Origin: a phage | DNA: 64,000 bases | Sequence record: PZ445487.1 | Strand: one strand, 5' to 3' | Shown here: positions 36,048 through 43,820 of the stretch, piece after piece | Layout of the letters: each line of letters begins with the position of its first letter | How positions within the stretch are numbered: position 1 is the first letter of the stretch | Position numbers and translations under genes: made by a program | The notes under the pieces: model-generated | Told to the model about the DNA's origin: nothing | The model's input: the letters and a program-made list of their open reading frames with translations, nothing else | The model's database searches: none

Positions 36048-36136
36048 TGGTTGCTTCAACTGGATTCGAACCAGTGACCTCAGGCACCTTGTTCTCTCGA
36101 AACTTTCCTGCGCTCTACCACTCGAGCTATGAAGCA
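36048..36136 (-). tRNA. tRNA-like gene with non-canonical anticodon domain (possible pseudo-tRNA or insertion)
   Basis: Perfect 7-bp acceptor stem (TGCTTCA/TGAAGCA), D-arm GCTC-GAGTGGTA-GAGC, T-arm ACTGG-TTCGAAT-CCAGT and encoded CCA; the anticodon region is a 4-bp stem CAGG/CCTG enclosing 22 nt, and no 5-7-5 anticodon hairpin is found. Confidence 0.4.
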
Positions 36137-36139
36137 ATT

Positions 36140-36228
36140 TGGCGGAAGGTGAAGGATTCGAACCTTCGGGGGCTAAAAGCCCCACTCGATTAGCAGTCGA
36201 GTCCCTTAAACCTCTCGGGCAACCTTCC
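36140..36228 (-). tRNA. tRNA-Ser (anticodon GCU), class II, encoded CCA
   Basis: Hand-folded: acceptor GGAAGGT/ACCTTCC, anticodon arm CTCGA-CTGCTAA-TCGAG, long variable arm TGGGGC-TTTTA-GCCCCC, T-arm GAAGG-TTCGAAT-CCTTC, discriminator G, CCA. Confidence 0.85.
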
Positions 36229-36232
36229 AATT

Positions 36233-36316
36233 TGGAGCGGGAGAACAGGATTCGAACCTGTCCAGTGATCGTCGCCGATGATCAGTCGGCTACTGGCCAA
36301 CCCCTATGGCTCCCGC
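36233..36316 (-). tRNA. tRNA-Ile-like (anticodon GAU), atypical (12-nt variable region, one-nt bulge before acceptor 3' strand)
   Basis: Acceptor GCGGGAG/CTCCCGC (7 bp), anticodon arm GCCGA-CTGATCA-TCGGC (perfect), T-arm ACAGG-TTCGAAT-CCTGT, CCA encoded; D-stem has one A.A mismatch. Confidence 0.45.
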
Positions 36317-36319
36317 GAA

Positions 36320-36930
36320 ATTAGGACGGGCTTCACACCCGATTGTGCATTTGATCTGCCGTAGCCCAACTCCCCGCGCTTATCAGCGCCGATTGGTTAA
36401 CTGGCACCAGTGCCTTCTGGTTCGATCTCCTGGAACTTTACAGGCTTCGCGCCCGACCATTTCTGGAAGTTGGGGCATCGTTTTCGATGTGGAGTCACCC
36501 CATTTTATACACAGCTGGCTGCAACGCTTACTGTGTTTGGTCTACCACCACGTGCTGGGCCACGCTTGAGGACATCGGCCATCCTTCCTCAGCTAATCCA
36601 CGCAGTGATAGATTTGTATCAGAGTGTCCGGTGTAGCTTTCCGTGAGGTGCGCACTACTGTAGCCTCTACACTCTGAATTTGGTGGGCGTTACTTTCGTC
36701 GGGTTCAGATTCCGTTCGGCTATTGGACGTCGCTCGAGAGAACTTGTCGTTCGCGTACTTCGTGCTTACTTGCTTTCGTTTCACACCCATTGTTTGTCGT
36801 CGGGCGGGGGATTCAAACCCCAATCTTTAGTTTGCGTTTCTTCAAAGCTATCATATGTTCACTTTGAATACTAGACTCCCCTGGACATCAAAACAGGATC
36901 TCTATTCCATCCTGCAAGACCCGACATAAT
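36320..36930 (-). other. GC-rich ORF-poor spacer between tRNA genes with a T-arm-like motif (ggggattcaaacccc at 36806..36820)
   Basis: No convincing ORF; only a low-complexity 76-aa frame; candidate stable RNA. Confidence 0.3.
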
Positions 36931-36932
36931 CC

Positions 36933-37008
36933 TGGCGACGACGGCAGGACTTGAACCTGCGACATACGATTTAACAGACCGCCGTTCTACCGACTGAACT
37001 ACATCGTC
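36933..37008 (-). tRNA. tRNA-Asn (anticodon GUU), encoded CCA
   Basis: Hand-folded: acceptor GACGATG/CGTCGTC, D-arm GTTC-AGTCGGTA-GAAC, anticodon arm GCGGT-CTGTTAA-ATCGT, T-arm GCAGG-TTCAAGT-CCTGC, discriminator G, CCA. Confidence 0.8.
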
Positions 37009-37182
37009 TCTATTCTTACTTTCGTAAACATTCTTTATTCTGCATGAAGACCCAGGGCAGGATCATAACGATCGTAAGTTTTTGGATGAGACCCGTTCTT
37101 GATGCTCACCATCCGACCTTCCCAACTAGCGCGAATTCTGTTGGAAATTACCACCCAAATATTCTTCATAATATAGAACCCT

Positions 37183-37383
37183 TCAACTATGTTTATTCGC
37201 TTCGATCGCCCCTAATTGGGCGTCCGCGTCAGCTTTGGTGTCATGTGTCCCAAGAACTTTAGTCTTGGTGTGGTCAAGGACAACCCACTTATCGCCTCGC
37301 TTTTCAACAAACTCAACAATCTCTTTGTTGTCAGTAGCGAGACCATCCCACTCAGTAAGAAACTCACCGAACGTTTTCATCAT
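37183..37383 (-). CDS. small hypothetical protein (about 66 aa) inside the tRNA island
   Basis: ATG 37383/37380 after GGTGAG; CTAAATA-like motif (plus-strand tatttag at 37412..37418) upstream. Confidence 0.3.
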   Translation of the reverse strand: MMKTFGEFLTEWDGLATDNKEIVEFVEKRGDKWVVLDHTKTKVLGTHDTKADADAQLGAIEANKHS

Positions 37384-37420
37384 ACTCACCAATTGTTTAT
37401 TGAACAACTGGTTTATTTAG

Positions 37421-37495
37421 TGGTGACCCTGGCTGGACTTGAACCAGCGACCAATCCCTTATGAGGGGGCTGCTCTACCACTGAGCTACAGGACC
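37421..37495 (-). tRNA. tRNA-Met or tRNA-Ile2 (anticodon CAU), encoded CCA
   Basis: Hand-folded: acceptor GGTCCTG/CAGGGTC (two G.U), D-arm GCTC-AGTGGTA-GAGC, anticodon loop CTCATAA (one C.A mismatch in stem), T-arm GCTGG-TTCAAGT-CCAGC. Confidence 0.7.
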
Positions 37496-37941
37496 TTTTG
37501 TTTCTTCAAATTATCTAACACATGTGGATTGGATTTCAACATCTTCTTCATGTTGGCCTCCTTACTCAGCAATTGTAAATTCCACAATACGCAATTATAC
37601 TTATTTTCATCAACATGATCTATTTCAAACCCTTCTGGGACTAGACCATTAAATGCAACCCAGACAAACCAGTGTAGATATTTCCTGAAATATTTGCCCT
37701 TATATTCTACTTTGATTTGCAAATAACCAGTTCCATTGTCTACGCCCACCAAATATCTTTCAGGTAGTTTTTGTTCATATTCTCCAAACTGATTTTTACG
37801 GCGTATAGTCAGTTCTGGCTTTTTAATTTTTCCATAGTTGCTGACAAATACATGAATGCCAATTTTGTCTAAATACAACTCTTTCCAAATCTCTTCCATA
37901 ACAACTACCCACAGCAATATGAATTTGTTGTGTCCAATCAA
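37486..37941 (-). mobile_element. HNH homing endonuclease gene (free-standing, abutting tRNA-Met)
   Basis: EIDHVDENKYNCVLWNLQLLSKEANMKK is a classic HNH motif; AT-rich relative to surroundings; 3' end overlaps the 5' end of tRNA-Met; start ambiguous (ATG 37899 or alternative start 37941). Confidence 0.55.
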
Positions 37942-38132
37942 GGACTGTCAACCTTTTATCCCGTTTGTGCATGATCAGTTCATGCAGGCCTCTTTGTGCG
38001 CCTCACGGCAACGCGCTTCTGTAGGTCATTGACTTGCACCGTAGTCTCACCACAGGCGTTTATTTTTCCAGGGCTTTCCACTTACAAGTCTTAACCAGAT
38101 CGGGATACGGGCTTGTAAGATCAGATTGGACA

Positions 38133-38210
38133 CAACTTTGATGGCTCTAGGACTAAAGATCCCGCGTCACCCATAGACTTGGTTTATAAAATCTAGAGCC
38201 ATCAAAGTTG
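38133..38210. repeat. perfect 18-bp inverted repeat (caactttgatggctctag / ctagagccatcaaagttg) enclosing 42 nt
   Basis: Seen directly; arms at 38133..38150 and 38193..38210. Confidence 0.7.
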
Positions 38211-38585
38211 CAACCAATGTCGCAACTCGCACTTCAGCGTCTTCGTCTCGCTTCAGCACTTGTCCTCTACGCTCGGACCAAACGAGGCTGGCCGACAGAA
38301 ACATGACACCACTCATCACTAGAGCGAGGATGTGGTTGATAGCCACGATGCTATATCTCTGTCGCAGAGTGATCACACTTGTCAGGATGATCACTGTTTT
38401 GCGAACTTGAAAATACTGCGCCTGTCTCGGGTTTCCCCTTAGTTCGGCCTCTCATTGTTCGTCTAGTCAGGGAGCTACCCTTGATGACCAGCTTATTTTG
38501 AGATCTTCGCCAGCACCCACTAGTGTCTAGAATATGTAGGTGTCGAGGTCTGCAAGGCATTGCCCTATTTCATACAACGCTCTCT

Positions 38586-38730
38586 CAAGTACGCAAATCG
38601 AAGTTCTCTGGGCTTAACAGGTTCGACCCAACATGTTGTATATCGCCTAACTTACTCATGGGACGGCCACTTCTGTGTACAGACCTTGAGGGTTAAAAGA
38701 TATACCCAAAGAACTTCGATTTGCGTTGTG
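38586..38730. repeat. long-range inverted repeat (17-bp core acgcaaatcgaagttct / agaacttcgatttgcgt) enclosing about 100 nt, followed by hairpin gtgggggc-aaa-cccccac
   Basis: Core arms at 38591..38607 and 38710..38726; hairpin at 38728..38745. Confidence 0.6.
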
Positions 38731-38884
38731 GGGGCAAACCCCCACACGGCTACTTCTTTGACAGGGATTGCTAGCCCTGGGGATTCCACTGTTTAAGGCT
38801 TTATCCCATAACGCCCGAGGCGCGTTTTAACTTATTGAAGCTTGCATAACTGCAAACTGATGCGCTGTGAGACACATCTTTGAG

Positions 38885-38992
38885 GGCACTCAGTGTACGA
38901 CAGGCTCCGATATTTCATAGGGCATTACTGCCTCGGATTTAAGTTGCCTTTCTCCTGAAACTCCATACAGTCTCGCGTCTGACGCGGAATGC
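38885..38992. repeat. long-range inverted repeat (atctttgagggca / tgccctcaaagat) enclosing about 82 nt
   Basis: Arms at 38885..38897 and 38980..38992. Confidence 0.55.
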
Positions 38993-39003
38993 CCTCAAAG
39001 ATA

Positions 39004-39031
39004 TGGAGCCGTTTTAGGGAGTCGAACCCAA
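39004..39031 (-). other. orphan tRNA 3'-module with encoded CCA (T-arm TTGGG-TTCGACT-CCCTA, acceptor AAACGGC)
   Basis: No canonical D/anticodon arms within 120 nt upstream; a possible 5' partner GCCGTTA lies at 39121..39127. Confidence 0.3.
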
Positions 39032-39130
39032 ATGCTTGGCCAGCGCTGACCTTACATCCCATCTGACTTAGGCAACCCACCTCTGCTTACTCAGGAGCTT
39101 ATCCCCTTTGGACAGTCAGATATAACGGCT

Positions 39131-39158
39131 TTGGGATTGGAGGAAGGACTCGAACCTT
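39131..39158 (-). other. orphan tRNA 3'-module with encoded CCA (T-arm GAAGG-TTCGAGT-CCTTC, acceptor CTCCAAT)
   Basis: Upstream 41 nt is too short for D plus anticodon arms and no 5-7-5 hairpin is found. Confidence 0.3.
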
Positions 39159-39231
39159 CTCATGTACGCTCCTGATTTCTCAGAAGTAGTCTGCTCCCAT
39201 CGACCTATTAAGTACACGCTCCGCTCATTGT

Positions 39232-39262
39232 CGGCGGGAGATTATTAATCACACCCTCCCGC
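39232..39262. repeat. hairpin ggcgggag-(15 nt)-ctcccgcc
   Basis: 8-bp GC-rich stem seen directly. Confidence 0.5.
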
Positions 39263-39545
39263 CTATTTTAGTGCGCCGAATTTTGTTATGAGGAATCGGA
39301 AGACCTCACTGGTGTATGGCTATTAAGCTACTGCCAGGAACGTGTTATCATTAGCGATTATTTTTGTGGTCAGTTTCTAAAAACCCGCAAAGTCACGCAC
39401 AACGAAAACGAAAACCTGTTTGAGTCCTAAACCTACCTGTCTTGGTCTCACATCGCTATGAGTGGCCAGGACTCAAACAGCTTGCCGTTCAGTGAGTTAA
39501 CTATACTTTGTAACCCGTTATTGATAAAACCTTTTATTTTTGTTG

Positions 39546-39569
39546 ACGAGGGTGTGGAATCGAACCACA
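39546..39569 (-). other. orphan tRNA 3'-module without CCA (T-arm TGTGG-TTCGATT-CCACA)
   Basis: Possible 5' acceptor partner about 100 nt upstream (39644..39650). Confidence 0.25.
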
Positions 39570-40273
39570 CTTCTGAGCGCCACCCCGTGTCACCAATGCA
39601 CCACCTCACCATCGATTTGCCGGAACTTACGCATCCGGCCTCGTCCTGTCGGTGTTCTTCTGAATCCGGGAAGATCAGCAGGAACTATGAATCAAGTTAA
39701 TTCAACCAACAGGAATCCTCTTGTTGCCCTTTGACGCAACATTATGAACCCTCTATGAAGACTCATAATGTTGTCGGCGTGATGGAGATTAGCGCCCCCG
39801 ACCTCCCCTTATATGTTGGTGTCGACTTGCCAACGGGGTGCTCTCGTTTTTCTGAGCTAATCACGCTACAACAGGGAGTTTCGTTCTCCGACGGTCAAGT
39901 GCGTCCACTGACACCAGCGAGGTGGCTATTACGCCTCTATTCACACAAGCCCCTGAGACTAGGGGTTAACTGGTTTTGGGCTGCAAACCCGACTCCCACT
40001 GTGTTATTTCCCTCATGTTTAATACTTTACCGCAGCCCAGCTAATTTGAAAAGTCCTCTCCCCTTTGAGCTACACTGCCCACAGCAGTGCGGACGAACCT
40101 TCACTCAAAACCGGATGCGCCGAAGTGGGCAACTGTTTACCGGACTGATCAGGTAGACCCAGGAGAGAGCAGGTAATCCCGATCAGGAGGATGAGGAGTA
40201 ACATCATGTAAAACATAGTGTTCCCTCCCTTCCATGCAACTAACTTTACTACAATTATTTATTGAATAAAGCG

Positions 40274-40846
40274 TTATTTTACCACTTTTAACTTCACATC
40301 GCGCTCAATCAGATACACATATTCACGGGCGGCGGCCTGTGACATATAATGAGTGGAAGGAGTGCTGTGTTTGTTCAGTGTCTCTTTTAATTCAACGCGC
40401 TCAGCCCACCCATTGATGGAGGTGCCGTAGAAACCGATCACGGCGGCAAAATAAATGTGTTGAGAGCCTGGCTCGACAATATAATTTATCGTGAAGCAAG
40501 TGTCAGAACGGATTGCCTCCAATTTGATTCCAACGCGGGTGATCGGTAAATCATTAGCAACACATAAATGACGAAAGCGGTCACGGCGAGATTGTGTTGA
40601 CTGCATTAATTCACCCATTAGTGTCGCAGTGGCATCGATATTAAAAGAGAATGTCGAAGATGTTTTGAAGTCAGACTTTGCAAGTTCTACCCCAGAAGAA
40701 AGTACACGACGGTAATTGACATCTTTATTTGTCAGACGCTTTATTTCGGTGCGAATTTTCTCAAATGGCACTTCAGACATTACTTTCCCTTCATATTTTT
40801 CTAACAAAGGGATGATATGTTTTAATACAGCAGTGTTGATATGCAT
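40274..40846 (-). CDS. hypothetical protein (190 aa)
   Basis: ORF track; divergent from the late structural module. Confidence 0.5.
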   Translation of the reverse strand: MHINTAVLKHIIPLLEKYEGKVMSEVPFEKIRTEIKRLTNKDVNYRRVLSSGVELAKSDFKTSSTFSFNIDATATLMGELMQSTQSRRDRFRHLCVANDLPITRVGIKLEAIRSDTCFTINYIVEPGSQHIYFAAVIGFYGTSINGWAERVELKETLNKHSTPSTHYMSQAAAREYVYLIERDVKLKVVK

Positions 40847-41151
40847 GAGAGGTTCCTTGATAACGGTTGTTTGTCCAGACTATTATATTCGTACAAGTGT
40901 TATTGAATTAAAGGCCAACAAAATAGGAGCGTGATTTATTAATAGGTAAAAACTACTTTTCTACAACATCAAGAAACTGTATCTTAACGCGGTGCCCTTC
41001 GAGTTGTGAGTGTTAACGAACAACGAGAAGCAGCCTCCATGGCTGTGGAATGGGACTGCCTGTCAAGGCGGTGTTACGAGCGAGGGCGTCAGCCCCCTCG
41101 CGAGTATATTCGAATAAATTAAACGCGCGCGAGCGTTTTGATTCCCGTTGG

Positions 41152-41162
41152 CTAAATATCTT
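41152..41162 (+). promoter_or_regulatory. late-promoter-like motif CTAAATAtCtt upstream of gp6
   Basis: T4-type late promoters are TATAAATA; CTAAATA-plus-pyrimidine-run recurs upstream of late genes here. Confidence 0.45.
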
Positions 41163-41198
41163 CAACACCATATTCAAACTCAGGTGATGGAGATTATC

Positions 41199-42980
41199 AT
41201 GGCCACGCAAACAGTTCCTTCACTCGACGTCAGAGCATTTGAATACATTATTAAACAGCGAATGAAAGCTGATCCCACCTTTAAAGATTATGACTTTGAA
41301 GGTTCTGGTCTTAGTGCGATTATTCGTTTGTTGGCATCTGACGCGAACGCCATAGCCTTTATGCAAAACATGCTTAATGGTGAAGGCCATTTGAAGACAG
41401 CAAATCAACGTTCAAACGTCGGTTTATCTGCTGCATTTCTTTCCTACACGCCTGACAACTATCGGGCAGCATACATGTATGTCAACATCAAAGTTACGCC
41501 TTATGACGCCAGCACAGCCCCCAATGAGATCATCATGGATCGGCGCGTAATGTTCGTTGGGGCAAAAGACGGCAGTTCCTACAACTTTACTGTTGAGAAA
41601 CCAGTGTCGGCAACGTTGACTGCAGACGGTTATTACATGTTCAACAATGTAAAGTTGGTACAGGGGAATTGGTTGTACAAGACATATGATGTTGAAGGAA
41701 GCGCGATTTCAACATATACGATTCCTTCTGGGAATGTCGATATCAATCATATGGTCGTGCAAGTACAAGAATCAGAGTCTTCCGACGTTTCGACGACATA
41801 TCAACGTTACAACAGTCCATTTGATCTGAGCCAATATGCCTACCTGTATTTCGTAGAATTGGGTATTGATGGTCTGTATGTGTTTGAATTCGGAGATGGT
41901 TATCTTTCGCGTCGAGTAGAAGATGGGAACGTCATATTCCTTCAATACTTAGAAACTTCTGGTGCTGATGGGAATGATATTACAAGCCTGTCATCAGCGT
42001 CATCCATAGGCGGGTTTAACCAGGTCGACGTAGAATTGGTTTCCGAACGTAGCGCAGGTGGAGACGATCCGGAATCTATTGAGGACACTAAACGGTTGGC
42101 TCCTTTAGCTTATCAGGCTGATGGTGCTGCGGTTACAGAAACAGATTATGGTGTATTGACTGAAAGGTTATTCTCCAACGTCTCCCGAGCTAAATCATAT
42201 GGTGGTGACACGCTGTCTCCTCCTGATTCTGGCTATGTTTACATCGCTGTTATACCTTCTGTTGGTGAGACACTTTCGGACGCTGAGAAGGCCGATATCG
42301 TTGCTGCTCTGGACAAGTATAATGTGGGATCTATTACCCCCAAAATAGTAGACTCCGAGATCACATATATCCAAGTCTCAACGACTATATTTTGGGATCC
42401 TACTTCTACAGTCTACGTTGAAGAACAGATGAAAGTTGTTGTTGGAAACAGTATCGTTAAATGGGGTGAAAATAATCTCGGCGGATTTGACCAATTGTTT
42501 GACAAAGAAATATTGCAGGAAGCAATTACGAAAATGGAACGTTCTATCAACTCGAATATTACTTCAGTTGGTTATAAACGCCATTTCAAACCTGATTATG
42601 GAGTCTTAGACAGTTTCACATTCAGTTATGGACGAAGTATCAAACCTGGTTCTGTGAAAATAACGGGGTTCAAACCGCTTCCTGCCGAGGTGGATTTCAC
42701 TTACTACATGCGCGACAATAATGGCGATTTGAACATGTATAAAGTGAATAACAATGACACGACAAAAGAGTTTTTAGTTCAAAAAACAGGGGTTGTGGAT
42801 TATGCAAATGGGGTTGTAGACCTTCAACAGATCACGGTCTCCAACTATAACCCTGAAGGGGTGACCATAGTCGTGTTACCGGATGGACTGAACCAGAACA
42901 TACAGGCTACACAAAACCAAGTATTCAAGATTGGTGATGTGGTTGTTACGCCAGAGGTGCGCTATGTCCAAAGATCTTAA
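41199..42980 (+). CDS. 6: baseplate wedge protein (T4 gp6-like)
   Basis: 593 aa from ATG 41199 (GGAG at 6 nt); FKDYDFEGSGLSAIIRLLA...TANQRSNVGLSAAFLSYTP parallels the T4 gp6 N-terminal region. Confidence 0.8.
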   Translation: MATQTVPSLDVRAFEYIIKQRMKADPTFKDYDFEGSGLSAIIRLLASDANAIAFMQNMLNGEGHLKTANQRSNVGLSAAFLSYTPDNYRAAYMYVNIKVTPYDASTAPNEIIMDRRVMFVGAKDGSSYNFTVEKPVSATLTADGYYMFNNVKLVQGNWLYKTYDVEGSAISTYTIPSGNVDINHMVVQVQESESSDVSTTYQRYNSPFDLSQYAYLYFVELGIDGLYVFEFGDGYLSRRVEDGNVIFLQYLETSGADGNDITSLSSASSIGGFNQVDVELVSERSAGGDDPESIEDTKRLAPLAYQADGAAVTETDYGVLTERLFSNVSRAKSYGGDTLSPPDSGYVYIAVIPSVGETLSDAEKADIVAALDKYNVGSITPKIVDSEITYIQVSTTIFWDPTSTVYVEEQMKVVVGNSIVKWGENNLGGFDQLFDKEILQEAITKMERSINSNITSVGYKRHFKPDYGVLDSFTFSYGRSIKPGSVKITGFKPLPAEVDFTYYMRDNNGDLNMYKVNNNDTTKEFLVQKTGVVDYANGVVDLQQITVSNYNPEGVTIVVLPDGLNQNIQATQNQVFKIGDVVVTPEVRYVQRS

Positions 42981-43818
42981 TAATGGACACAACGGGGTTA
43001 AGTATGAAACTCCGTTGTTCTACCAGAATGATTTCCCTCTGTTCATAGAATTTATGGACACGTTCTTCAATTGGTTGTATAGACAGCAGGGGTTTACTCA
43101 AGAAGAGATCTTGGCATATCTGGCAGATACGTCTAGTTGGATGAATCCTGAGAGTGAAGATTCTCCAGTTAAGCAGCTGATTGATTTAAAGGCTGACAAG
43201 ACCCCAGGCTCAGAGGCCAAGGATTATTTGTCAGATAAATTTTTGGTCAGAACATTTGAGAACATGATGGCTCTGGATGCCGAAGAACTTTTAGATGCCG
43301 ACGGAAGGCCGCTACTGTCAATAGAAGATAAGAACAAACAGATAGATGACTGGTATAATGATTTTGGTTTCCAACGAACTGTTGATAAATCATTTCAGGA
43401 ATTTGGTCATTTTATCCCAGTTGGTTCGGATTCTTTATTGACGGCCACGGGCGATACGTTCTCTGTTTATATCGAAGGAACGAAACGAAGAACTCTGGAT
43501 CATCCGCGTTGGCTGAAATTGTTGAAACACATCTATAAAATACGTGGAACAAAGAAAGCGATTGAATTGTTCTTTTGGATATATTTCGGTTGTCCAGTCA
43601 GCGTCTATTTTACGAAAGAAGACATAGGCGGTCTGGACGGAAATTTTGAATGTGACGGCACGACAGGGATGCGTGATGATTACTATTATGATGAATACAC
43701 TTATGTTATAGGAGTCCCAGGCGACGTATCTGATTTTGAAGGTGTGTTTGAGCGCGTCTTCCGTCAGCATTTTCATCCTGCTGGATTTACTGTATTCCTA
43801 GAAAGCACAAGGAGCTAA
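42964..43818 (+). CDS. baseplate-associated protein (284 aa)
   Basis: Start ATG 42964, overlapping the gp6 stop; position within the baseplate/fibre operon. Confidence 0.5.
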   Translation: MSKDLNNGHNGVKYETPLFYQNDFPLFIEFMDTFFNWLYRQQGFTQEEILAYLADTSSWMNPESEDSPVKQLIDLKADKTPGSEAKDYLSDKFLVRTFENMMALDAEELLDADGRPLLSIEDKNKQIDDWYNDFGFQRTVDKSFQEFGHFIPVGSDSLLTATGDTFSVYIEGTKRRTLDHPRWLKLLKHIYKIRGTKKAIELFFWIYFGCPVSVYFTKEDIGGLDGNFECDGTTGMRDDYYYDEYTYVIGVPGDVSDFEGVFERVFRQHFHPAGFTVFLESTRS

Positions 43819-43820
43819 AA

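Noticed and set aside
36593-36823. 76-aa minus-strand ORF inside the tRNA island spacer
   Set aside because: Low-complexity, Arg/Ser-rich translation with no RBS, lying in GC-rich sequence between tRNA genes; more likely non-coding RNA.
36320-36930. tmRNA or RNase P RNA
   Set aside because: By eye I could not find the conserved RNase P (GGAAAGUCCGG, GGUAAGAGCGCACC) or tmRNA 5'/3' signatures; left as unassigned structured RNA pending covariance-model search.
35885-39700. CRISPR array or retron
   Set aside because: No regularly spaced direct repeats with unique spacers, and no reverse transcriptase or cas gene in the window; the repeats here are inverted, not direct.
39731-40156. 141-aa plus-strand ORF (and 38560..38796, 39458..39700, 38167..38394, 38351..38560)
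   Set aside because: Pro/Arg/Leu-rich low-complexity translations in the inverted-repeat-rich RNA island; no RBS; wrong strand relative to tRNA genes.
40150-40207. 45-codon minus-strand ORF with signal-peptide-like N-terminus
   Set aside because: Weak RBS and lies in the GC-rich non-coding stretch; insufficient support.
41013-41210. 65-aa minus-strand ORF in the gp6 upstream region
   Set aside because: Overlaps the gp6 late promoter region, Arg-rich and low-complexity.
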